Below, piece after piece: positions 40,447 to 49,534 of a stretch of DNA of 64,000 nt. The stretch is taken from positions 128,001-192,000 of the forward strand of contig CAWABA010000001.1 in NCBI GenBank assembly GCA_963780185.1, read 5' to 3'. The notes beneath the pieces are model-generated. The model ran no database searches, was not told where the DNA came from, and saw only the letters and a list, made by a program, of their open reading frames with translations. The translations under genes and the position numbers were made by a program. Each line of letters begins with the position of its first letter. Position 1 is the first letter of the stretch. Source of the stretch: Candidatus Bathyarchaeota archaeon. GTDB lineage: Archaea; Thermoproteota; Bathyarchaeia; Bathyarchaeales; Bathycorpusculaceae.

Positions 40447-41694
40447 GTGATTGTTGTGGTGAAGCTTAAGGGGTTCCAAAAATTAACGTTAACAGACAAA
40501 GCCCTGCAAACATGGCTTGAAACGCTGCAGATTGGCAAGCCTCATGCCGAAGGGGTGTCTTTGCAGGATGCGTTAGGACGCGTTTTAGCCGAAGACTTTG
40601 TTGCCGAAGAGAGTTTGCCGCGGTTTGACAAGTCAGCCATGGACGGGTACGCGTTGAAGTCAGCGGATTCTGCAGGTGCTTCACAGTCTAAACCCGCAGT
40701 TTTCCAGCTCACCGACAGCCAAGAGATAGGCGCCAAACAAGCCAAGCAGATTTGGACAGGAAACCCAATTCCCAAAGGCGCCGACGCCGTCGTCATGCTT
40801 GAAAACACCGAGAAAAAAGAAGCCAAACTCGAGGTTTGGAGCCGACTTGTGCCAGGAGAAAACGTCGCCAAAGTAGGTGAAGACCTCAAAAAAGGCACCC
40901 TCATCGCTAAGGCGGGCGCCCGCTTGAACCCCTACCACATCGGGTTAGCCGCTGCGTTAGGTTTCAGCCAGCTGAAAGTCGCCGCGAAACCGAAAATAGG
41001 CGTGGTCGCGACGGGAAACGAGCTTGCAGAGGCTGGAGGGAAGCTGAGCGGCAGCTTGATTTTTGATTCGAACAAAGTCATGATTTCAGGCGTGTGCAGG
41101 GAACTTGGCGCTGAAACAACTGACTTTGGCATCGCAAAAGACGACGTGGACGAAATCGCCGAAAAAATCCGTTTGGCGCTCAAAACGCAGGATGCGGTGG
41201 TTACAACTGGCGGCACAAGTGTCGGCGGCTTAGATTTGGTGCCTGACGCAGTTAACAAGCTGGGAAAGCCAGGCGTGGTAGTTCACGGCGTCGCGCTAAG
41301 ACCTGCAATGCCCACAGCTCTCGCCATGCTGGAAGGCAAACCCGTCTTGATTTTGTCAGGTAACCCAGTTGCGGCAATCGTTGGGTTTGAGGTGTTCGGG
41401 CGACCGATGGTTTGCAGGTTGCTTGGCATGAAGGAAACGGAGCCGAGACCCATGCTGAAGGCTGTTTTGGCGAGGCGGGTTGCGAGTGCGCTGGGAAGAA
41501 AAACCTACGTTCGGGTCCGCGTAACCTTGAAAGAGGGCGAGTTTTATGCTGAACCAGTCAGCGCGAAGGGTTCAGGTTCAATATCCACGATGACGCAGAG
41601 CAACGGGTTCCTTGTGGTTCCTGAAAACCGTGAAGGCGTAAGCGAAGGCGAAACAGTCGCCGTGCACATGTTCGGCACCGTGGAGGCTGCCTAA
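40447..41694 (+). CDS. moeA: Molybdopterin molybdotransferase MoeA (copy 1)
   Basis: GRVLAED, SAMDGYA, TG..IP.GADAVVM, TGNEL, TTGGTS and GNP. Confidence 0.95.
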   Translation: MIVVVKLKGFQKLTLTDKALQTWLETLQIGKPHAEGVSLQDALGRVLAEDFVAEESLPRFDKSAMDGYALKSADSAGASQSKPAVFQLTDSQEIGAKQAKQIWTGNPIPKGADAVVMLENTEKKEAKLEVWSRLVPGENVAKVGEDLKKGTLIAKAGARLNPYHIGLAAALGFSQLKVAAKPKIGVVATGNELAEAGGKLSGSLIFDSNKVMISGVCRELGAETTDFGIAKDDVDEIAEKIRLALKTQDAVVTTGGTSVGGLDLVPDAVNKLGKPGVVVHGVALRPAMPTALAMLEGKPVLILSGNPVAAIVGFEVFGRPMVCRLLGMKETEPRPMLKAVLARRVASALGRKTYVRVRVTLKEGEFYAEPVSAKGSGSISTMTQSNGFLVVPENREGVSEGETVAVHMFGTVEAA

Positions 41695-42946
41695 GTGTTT
41701 AGGAAGCTTATGACGTTTGAGGAAGCCCAAAGAGCCATCGCATCCCACTTTAAGCCTGCTGCTTTAGGCGAGGAAGAGGCGGTGCTGCTTGAAGCTTACA
41801 ACCGCGTCCTAGCCGAAGACGTGGTTTCAACGCTGGATATTCCGTCGTTTAGCCGCTCCACCATGGATGGGTACGCAGTTAAAGCCGAGGACACTTTCGG
41901 AGCAGACGAAAACCAGCCTGCCACCCTCAAAGTCACAGGCGTAGTGAACATCGGCGAGCAGCCGCAGGTCAAGGTCGGCAAGGGCGAAGCGGTTGAAATC
42001 GTCACTGGAGCGCCGATTCCCGAAGGCGCCGACGCAGTCGTCATGGTTGAGGACACCGAACGGGAAGACACCGACCTACACGTTTTCAGCCCCGTCACCC
42101 CCAACGAGAACGTTATGAAACGCGGCTCAGACATCAAAACGGGCGAAGTGGCCCTCAAAAAAGGGCAGCTTTTGGGTTCATCAGAAATCGGCGTTTTAGC
42201 GGCTTTGGGTTTAACAAAGGTTAAGGTTTCAAGAATTCCCATGATTGCCGTTTTATCAACAGGCGGCGAAGTAACTGAGCCCGGCAAGCCTTTGCCGCCG
42301 GGAAAAATCTACGACATCAACGCTTACAGCATCAGCACCGCGGTTACGGAAAGCGGCGGCAAACCCGTTTACTTCGGCGTGGTAGCCGACGATAAAGAAG
42401 CGTTGTCTAAGGCTTTGCATGCGGCTTTGGCTTCAGCTGACATGGTTATAACCTCAGGCGGCGTCTCGGTGGGTCCACGCGATTACACTCCGCAAATCGT
42501 AGATTCGCTGGGCAAACCCGGCATCGTAGTCTACGGCATCGCAGTTAAACCAGGCAAACCAACCACAGTCGGGTTCGTCGGGGACAAACCTGTTTTTTCC
42601 CTGCCAGGCAACCCCACGTCGGCTTTGCTGATTTTCTATTTGCTGGCTAGACCCCTGATTCAGCAGTTAGCCGGCAGACCCGTCGGCGCCATGAAAACGC
42701 TTCAGAGCCTTCGCAGGTCAACGCATGTTCAGCGCCAAGGGCAGACGAACGTTTGTTATGGTTCGTTTGATGTTTGATGAAAAATGCCGTTTAATTGCTG
42801 AACCCGTTGAATCAGGCGCTTCAGGCGCAATTACCACATTGGCGAAGGCTGACGGGTTCGTGGAGATTCCTGAAAACGAGCAGTTTGTAGATGCAGACCA
42901 AGAGGTGCTGGTTTTTCTTTTCCGCAGCGTGCCCGGCAAAGCTTAG
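41695..42946 (+). CDS. moeA: Molybdopterin molybdotransferase MoeA (copy 2; frameshift near 42700)
   Basis: STMDGYA, TSGGVS, VKPGKP and LPGNP. The tail SGAITTLAKADG is in a shifted frame. Confidence 0.95.
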
Positions 42947-42965
42947 CAACGATAAAAGCATTTTT

Positions 42966-43174
42966 TTATAGAATGCCGTGTTTGTCGAGGACTGCTTTCA
43001 CGGTCTTAGAAATCTTTGCTTCTTCTATTTGCTCATGCAGATAGGCCCTCGCTTGCTCCAGCACGTTGGCTTTTTGAGAATCGGTCAGGTCCAGCCAATT
43101 AATTTTTTGTGTTTCCGTGTTCTCTACCCGCATCTGAATGTCTGTTTTCTTAATAAATCACTTGTTCTTGACAT
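42966..43174 (-). CDS. Small hypothetical protein (~69 aa; apparent 1-bp frameshift near the start)
   Basis: MSRTSD / IKKTDIQMRVENTETQKINWLDLTDSQKANVLEQARAYLHEQIEEAKISKTVKAVLDKHGIL*. TTTAAA TATA-like box upstream and a T-tract downstream. Confidence 0.45.
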
Positions 43175-43300
43175 GTAATATATCCAAAATGGGTATATCC
43201 CCAAGGCACGCGCTTTAAATCTGCCTGAAAATGAAAATTCAAATAAAAATTAGCCCTTGTGGCTAGAGCCAACGAAAACGGCGGGCTCAAAAAATTGGGT

Positions 43301-43658
43301 TTAGGGTTTTCTTCTTATCAGCAGCAGGTAAATTGCGAAGACCCAAGTCAACACAAAGTAGACAAGCAAGGTTAAAGCGACCAGTGCGTTGCTGAATCCT
43401 GCCACAACCAGCGTGTAGAGCGTGAAGGTTGAAGCAGCTACGAACAGGATGAATATTAGCCATGGAGCCCAACCGCGTTTTGTGAAGACGCCGTAGCCCA
43501 CAATTAGGCTTAAAATTCCAAGTAGCCCAAGCTGGGGTGCGTAGCCTGCGAACGGCAAGAGAAACTAGAAGGATAAGTCCGCTGAGCGCGTAGAAGGCTA
43601 ACGATATGAGTTCGATGCGGTTGAAGTTTTTCAGTCTAGACGCTAAAGCTAAAGTCAC
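43301..43658 (-). CDS. Small 4-TM membrane protein (frameshift near 43555)
   Basis: Two overlapping hydrophobic ORFs join into one protein. Confidence 0.65.
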
Positions 43659-43695
43659 TTTTTTCTCGCCTTTACCTAATGCATTAAACCTATAA

Positions 43696-44686
43696 CTAAT
43701 AAGTTTTTGCGGTAAAGAACAAGGAGCTAACGGGCTTTTTCCCTCTGCAAATGACGCCTCTCCGCCTAATCACGAAGACACTTCCCAGTCCAGCGGCAGC
43801 AACAATGGGCAAAACGACGAAGAGGCCAAATCTGAAGTTCGAGTCCGATGACGTTTGGGAAGGCGGTGTTGCAGGCGCTTTGGTCTCTACAGGCGCAGGC
43901 ATTCCGCTTGGGAAGATGCTGAAAGCCAGAGGGTTCACGAGTGGGTGGTTATCTTGGATTAAACTCTCGTAGCTGGAGTTGTAGCTGTAAGGCGTATCCC
44001 ATACTCCTGTTGAACCCAACTGCGACGCGTGCGGGTACCTTGCTGTGTATTCTGCCCAGTAGTTGCCGTCGACTGTTTCGTCGCCGCCTATCTCCAAGCT
44101 TACGCCGCCTGCCAAGTTGTTGTGTGTTATCGTGTTGCGGCTGCTGCAGAAGTGCATGTAGACTGCTGGGTCTCCGCTGATGGTGCAGTATGAGACGTTG
44201 TTGCCTCCGCATGCCCAGAAGAAGACCCCGCCTTGTAAGCCGCTTATCGGTGTTTGCGATGTAGTCGTTGCAGATTGTGTCGTTGCCGCCTCCGCTGGTG
44301 TTTATGCTGAAGTCGAAGTTTATTATTGCCAGATTCTTGATGGTGACGTTCCAGATGTTGTCTGGTCCCGGTATGCATGTCACGTTGTTTGAGAGGTCGA
44401 TTCCTGCGCTTCTCAGGATGCCGTCCCCGTTTAAGGCGTAACCTGCGCCGTCGATGATTATGTTGCTCCTGTGCACCAGGATGCCTCCTGAAAAGTTGCC
44501 TGTGAAAGTGTACACGTCGCCGTTTCGGGTCAGGGGCGCATCTGACGGTTGAAGGGTTCCGTCGGCGTTTATGCTGATGACGTTTGCGTTAGGCTGGGTT
44601 TGGATAGAATGTCCACATGGAAAAAACGCCAAGCTCAAAACGGCAAGAAACACAAAGGCGAAGACGGGTCTTTTCATGTCGGTCAC
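43696..44686 (-). CDS. NosD/pectin-lyase-like beta-helix surface protein (frameshift near 44250)
   Basis: Signal peptide, NIIIDGAGY.L.G, NVTIKNL.I, GNYW..Y, D.HPL and a C-terminal TM. Confidence 0.75.
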
Positions 44687-44827
44687 TGGCTTGATAGTTT
44701 GGGCGGCGTCTTATTACTCTCCCCGAGGAACGAAGATGTTCTGCCAAAAGAACACCCGCGTGACCTGCAAGCGAAAAAGCTTAGAACCCGTCTTGATGCA
44801 ATACACTCAGAAGAGGATTGAAATTTC

Positions 44828-45730
44828 ATGAGTTACCTCGAGTTGTTCGCTTCTCAAACAAACGTTTTCAGCGGTGTCCAGAAACCGTTTGAAAAGGCAA
44901 AATACGTGGTTTTCGGAGTACCCTTCGACTCAACCAGCACCTATCGCAACGGCGCAAGGTTCGCTCCCGCAAGCCATCAGGCAAGCATCCCAGAACATTG
45001 AAACGCTACAGTTTCCGCAGCGGAGTCGACGTTGAAGATTTGGCGTTGCATGACGCAGGCGACTTGGCTGCCTCTGATGGAAGCGGCGAAAACCGTTGAC
45101 ATGACCCGCCTTGTGGTCGACGAGCTTTTGGCGGCTGGCAAGGTTCCTGTGGCTTTAGGTGGGGAACACACGGTTACGCTTGGGGCTGCGAAAGGTTTAG
45201 GCGCCAGAGCGGAGAAAACGGCGATTGTAAGTTTTGATGCCCATCTGGATTTGCGCTGCGAATTTCTGGGTTCAAGCCTGTCTCATACGACGTTTATGCA
45301 GTTGATTTGCGAGGAAGTTAAGCCTGCGAAGATTGTTGAGGTTGGCACGCGGAGCGCCTGCAAGGAAGAGTTGGCTTACGCGAAGAAGGCAGGCGTCGAT
45401 TTTTTCACTTCCCAAGAAATCCTAAAGCAAGGCTCGCTGCTCATCGGGGAACAACTCAAAGAGAAGCTTCTGCCCTACGAGAACCTGTATTTGACAGTGG
45501 ATATGGATGTGCTTGACCCAGCGTATGCGCCAGCGGTGCAGAACCCTGAGCCTGAAGGAATCAGCACAACCCAGCTTATCGACCTTGTCTGCAGCCTATG
45601 CGACAAACGAGTCCTCGGGTTCGACGTAGTGGAGGTTGTGCCCATTTACGATCAGGGAATCTCAGCGATTGCAGCTGCAAAAGTAATATGCGAAATGCTG
45701 TGCCAACTGGAGAAATCAAGAAAAAAATAA
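44828..45730 (+). CDS. speB: Agmatinase (frameshifts near 44970-45070)
   Basis: FGVPFDSTSTYRNGARFAP, GGEH, FDAHLD, DMDVLDPAYAP and NPEP.G. Confidence 0.9.
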
Positions 45731-45735
45731 TCGAT

Positions 45736-45755
45736 TCCTGATTGCAGCATCAGGA
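45736..45755. terminator. Hairpin between convergent genes
   Basis: TCCTGAT-tgcagc-ATCAGGA, a perfect 7-bp stem. Confidence 0.35.
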
Positions 45756-45776
45756 TCAACCAAAATTTTCAGGGCA

Positions 45777-46331
45777 TCAGATTTTTTTGGCTAGTTCTTC
45801 TGCCCATGCTTGAATGGCGTTGTGGTCTCTTGTGTCGTAGATTCCCGGTTCTGTTTCCTTGTAGGCAGCCGCTACCCTGGGTCTATCCATCGCCATGGCT
45901 TTTTTGGCGTACCACGGCACATTGTTGTAGTTGTAGACGCCGCCGAACAAGCCTAAAGCGATCGGGTGAAGGTTGTATTTGGCTGCTTTTTCATCGAGGT
46001 ATTTGCATTTGGCTTTTTCAGCTGCGTCGGGTTTTTGTTTGTCGGTTGCTGAGCCGCAACAGACGAAAAGCGCCAGCTTCTTGTTTGCGAGTTCTTTTTG
46101 GTGTTTCTTGAGGAAGTCTTCTGGCTCGCTTGTCCACCGATGCATCTGGATGCCGCTGCCAACGATAACAAGGTCATATGGGGCTATTTCCTTGATTTTT
46201 TGTTCTTTAGCGTTCACTACGTCGGTTTCTATGTTTTTTTGGCGCAAGATTTTAGCGATTTCCTCAGCTGTGCTGGCTGTGGCGCCATAACGGGTTCCGT
46301 ACACAATTAATGCTTTACCCAAGTTTAACAC
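45777..46331 (-). CDS. Flavodoxin-like protein (HemG/Flavodoxin_5 type)
   Basis: IVYGTRYGAT...AE.IA, YDLVIVGSGI and DTRD...I..WA. Confidence 0.85.
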   Translation of the reverse strand: MLNLGKALIVYGTRYGATASTAEEIAKILRQKNIETDVVNAKEQKIKEIAPYDLVIVGSGIQMHRWTSEPEDFLKKHQKELANKKLALFVCCGSATDKQKPDAAEKAKCKYLDEKAAKYNLHPIALGLFGGVYNYNNVPWYAKKAMAMDRPRVAAAYKETEPGIYDTRDHNAIQAWAEELAKKI

Positions 46332-46446
46332 GGCATATGCTGTGTTGTTGGGTTTAGTTTAAAGAGCTTTACCTTTTTGCCGTGGCAGTAGCGCGTTGGA
46401 TTCTTATATTCTGAACAGCATAATTAGACGCTGAAGGCCTGCGGGT

Positions 46447-47025
46447 TTGGCTAAAGAATCAGAAATATCCGTCTTCACGATTGGGCATTCAACCCGAACG
46501 CTTGACGAGTTCATCGGTTTGCTCAAAACCTACTGCGTGACCTTAGTCGTTGACGTTCGCACGGTTCCCCGCAGCCGACACAACCCCCAATTCAACAAGG
46601 AAACCCTGCCTGCCAGCCTCAAACCCAGCGGCATACGCTACATTCACATGCCTGAAATCGGCGGCCTACGCCATCCAAAACGCGACAGCATCAACCTCGC
46701 ATGGAAAAACATGGGGTTTCGAGGCTACGCCGACTACATGCAAACCAAAGAATTCACCGACAACCTCCTAAAAATCGTCGCCCTCGTACGGGAAAACACC
46801 TTGGCGTTGATGTGTGCGGAAGCTTTGCCTTGGCGGTGCCACAGAAGCCTCATCAGCGACGCCCTCGTGGTACGCCACATAAAAGTGAAGCACATCATAA
46901 GCGCAACCAGCCTCATCAGCCACCAGCTATGCGAGATGGCGCAGGTAGAAGGCACAAAAATAACCTATCCTTTGTTCAGCAGAGAAATGCCGCAGAGGAC
47001 GCTGGGCGACTTTGGTTCAGGATAA
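46447..47025 (+). CDS. DUF488 family protein with a C-terminal PIP-box-like motif
   Basis: FTIGHSTR, VDVR..P.SR, GG.R, MCAE...WRCHR..I.D; ends QRTLGDFGSG. Confidence 0.9.
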   Translation: MAKESEISVFTIGHSTRTLDEFIGLLKTYCVTLVVDVRTVPRSRHNPQFNKETLPASLKPSGIRYIHMPEIGGLRHPKRDSINLAWKNMGFRGYADYMQTKEFTDNLLKIVALVRENTLALMCAEALPWRCHRSLISDALVVRHIKVKHIISATSLISHQLCEMAQVEGTKITYPLFSREMPQRTLGDFGSG

Positions 47026-47113
47026 ATTGTGCACTTTCTATGTTGTATTTTGTGTACTTTTTGCAACACAAGCCTTTTAAGTTTATTCGCCCCACTCATC
47101 AATGGGGTTGGTT

Positions 47114-47335
47114 ATGTCCACAACAATTACCATCCGCATTCCCAAAGACCTTAAAGAGAAAATGGATAAAACGCCTGCGGAATGGAGCCAAGAAGTCCGA
47201 ACCTTCATAGAAGCAAGAGTTAAACAGGCTGAAATGCTCCAAACCCTTGAAGAAATCGAGAAACGCGCAGACAAGAGAAAAACAAAGGTTGACTCAACCG
47301 TCCTAATACGGGAGGACAGAGAACGCCAAACCTAA
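47114..47335 (+). CDS. RHH/VapB-type antitoxin
   Basis: TITIRIP..LKEKM, WS.EVR.FIE and S..LIREDR. Confidence 0.85.
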   Translation: MSTTITIRIPKDLKEKMDKTPAEWSQEVRTFIEARVKQAEMLQTLEEIEKRADKRKTKVDSTVLIREDRERQT

Positions 47336-47772
47336 TCCTAGATTCAAACATCATCTCAAAACTAATCATCAGCGAACCCGGCTCAAAAGAAGCCCGAATC
47401 ACCATCGCCGCCTCCCTGAAAAAAGGGGTTGCCCTCTACACAGTTGACCTTGCCTTAATCGAGGGCTTAAACGTCATCTGGAAGCATGCCATGCTGCTTA
47501 AGGACCTAAAGATAGAAGAGATAAACTCCACGATAGAAGACCTAACCCGCGTATACGACGGCTTAAATGTTATCCCCGCCCGCGAACTAACCGTCGAATC
47601 AATGCAGGTAGCATTAAAACACAAGGTAAGCATATACGACGCCCTCTACATTGCCGCCGCAGAAAAAATAAACGGCACACTATACACTGCAGACCAAAAA
47701 CTCTTCAGCAGCGCGAAAGAGGTCACCAGCACAAAAATCCTCAAAGCCAGCCCAGACCTCGCGAACCTTTGA
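47323..47772 (+). CDS. PIN-domain VapC toxin (no canonical start; ACG)
   Basis: In frame upstream of the listed ORF: TPNLILDSNIISKLII.EPGS, then E..NVIWK, YDALYIA.A and TADQK. Confidence 0.8.
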   Translation, partial: TPNLILDSNIISKLIISEPGSKEARITIAASLKKGVALYTVDLALIEGLNVIWKHAMLLKDLKIEEINSTIEDLTRVYDGLNVIPARELTVESMQVALKHKVSIYDALYIAAAEKINGTLYTADQKLFSSAKEVTSTKILKASPDLANL

Positions 47773-47838
47773 AAGCCCAATAATTTGGTAACTTAATAGG
47801 GCTCAAGTAGGCTAGCTTAAGGAAGCCGAGTTCCGTCC

Positions 47839-47932
47839 AGCGAAATTTCACGTGGAAGGACCAAAAATAACCTTCGCACTTTACCTCAAAGGAACGCCAC
47901 AAAGAACTTTAAGCGATTTCGGGCAAAAATAA
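47839..47932 (+). pseudogene. Orphan 3'-end relic 1 of DUF488
   Basis: HVEGPKITFALYLKGTPQRTLSDFGQK*, versus QVEGTKITYPLFSREMPQRTLGDFGSG* in the intact gene. Confidence 0.85.
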
Positions 47933-47981
47933 CTTGGCTTTACTTGCCAAAACTTTTATGCTCATTTGCAGACTAAAGAGC

Positions 47982-48362
47982 ATGTCTACGCCTAAAGAAC
48001 GCGGCACGTTGATCGCGGTCTGGCTGCTTCTCTTGCTTGTGGTAAACTTGTTTGTTCTTCTTTTTTATTTGGCGTTAGCGATTTACCCATCTACTTTCAG
48101 CCTGCTAACCGCGATTATGCCCTTGTGGACACTTTATTTATTTGCCGCTCTCGCTGCATTTAACGTTGTTTGTGTTTGTTTTCTGTTCCTCTGGAAAAAG
48201 TGGGCTTTCTTCGGACTCTGCGGAAGCACGGCAGCAGCACTAGCAGCTAATTTGTATATTGGCGCAGGGCCCTACGCCGTTTCGGGAGTATTCGGAGTAG
48301 TCATTACATATTTGGTGATTCACGACAAATGGAACCTTTTCGATGATTTCTATCTAATCTGA
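47982..48362 (+). CDS. Small 4-TM membrane protein (cargo)
   Basis: MSTPKERG.L...WL...LFLWKKWAFFG; hydrophobic throughout. Confidence 0.75.
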   Translation: MSTPKERGTLIAVWLLLLLVVNLFVLLFYLALAIYPSTFSLLTAIMPLWTLYLFAALAAFNVVCVCFLFLWKKWAFFGLCGSTAAALAANLYIGAGPYAVSGVFGVVITYLVIHDKWNLFDDFYLI

Positions 48363-48387
48363 AGAAAGTGCTGAATTCAAGAATTTA

Positions 48388-48481
48388 TTGAGCATGATGG
48401 CGCAGGTTGAAGAAAAAAAATAACTACTTTATCAGCAAAGAAACACTACAAAGAACACTAGGCGACTTTACCGCAACTTGA
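48388..48481 (+). pseudogene. Orphan 3'-end relic 2 of DUF488
   Basis: LSMMAQVE / ISKETLQRTLGDFTAT*. DNA gatggcgcaggttgaag matches gatggcgcaggtagaag in the intact gene. Confidence 0.85.
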
Positions 48482-48583
48482 TTGCTTTAACTGATAAATA
48501 ATATTCTCAAGCCTTTATTTCATTTAGTAAAGCTAAAAAGCATTTGCTATAATTACGTTATAGAACAAAAAGGATGGTGCGCT

Positions 48584-49484
48584 ATGTTGGCTAATTATAC
48601 TCCAGCGGATTTTCGAATAAAACGAGGTATGCTACCAGCAGATGCATTCGCATATGGACCTAAAATCAATTATCTGCCAACTGATTTGATCGATGTAGAT
48701 ACATGGAATAGCATGACCAGTCTGCCTGATGATGTAAGTCTTCGTACATCCGGTGATTATGGTTCCACTTTAAAGCTTTATTGGAAAGCATGGGATGACT
48801 GGATTTGTTTAGCTATAGCTTTACAGGATATTGCCAATAAAGCATTCGACTCGCCAATTGCCAATTGTGCTACCGTAGGTATAGATGAGATTCAGGGGTC
48901 CATTTACAACGCACTCGTTGGTTTTTATCGCTTATCGTTTTCCGCATTAAGAAATATGGTTGAGCAGATTACGATAGGTCTTGCTCTTGAATTATCAGGG
49001 AACAATAAAATTTTTATGGAGTGGCTTAAGGGCGATACGGACCTTAAATTTGGTTGGGCTTCAGACCTCTTACTTCAGAATCAATCAATTCATAACCTGG
49101 AGGAAATGCTACTGCAAAGCATAGGTGACAGTCTTTTCCGACAAAAGACGAACTGATAACAAAGGCGGTTTTGCTCGCCGCTTATTTAGCGAATTGAGTC
49201 AGTTTACACATGGTAACCCAGAGTTTTCTAATGCAGATTTATGGGAAGGTAGTAACGGTCCAATTTTCGTGCCAAAATCTTTCAAAAGGTGGTCAATTAC
49301 ATTTTCTAAAGTATTTGCTCTCTGTGTTATCGAGGCTAAGCTTGCTAAACCTACCATCACAGTTTTAGGTGCTGGTTCAAAGCAAACTATTGACAATCTT
49401 TACAGTTTGTTACTTGGCAAAATTCCAGCAAAAGAAGATGGCTCTGCGATCTTTAAAGCGTTGATAGACTTGAAGATAATTTAA
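48584..49484 (+). CDS. AT-rich hypothetical protein, possibly HEPN-like (DUF5677-like; frameshift near 49150)
   Basis: GFY..S.S.LRN.VE and LFSELSQFTHG motifs; two ORFs join into ~300 aa. Confidence 0.55.
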
Positions 49485-49534
49485 ACTTCAATTAGTTTAG
49501 CAGGAAGCTCAAGAAAAGAGAATTGAAAAAAAGG

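Noticed and set aside
40447-42946. Tandem moeA duplication as a novelty
   Set aside because: Two MoeA paralogs are common in archaea.
13494-45730. Programmed frameshifting or true pseudogenes in split genes
   Set aside because: No shared slippery motif, and the affected genes are unrelated housekeeping genes; assembly error is more parsimonious.
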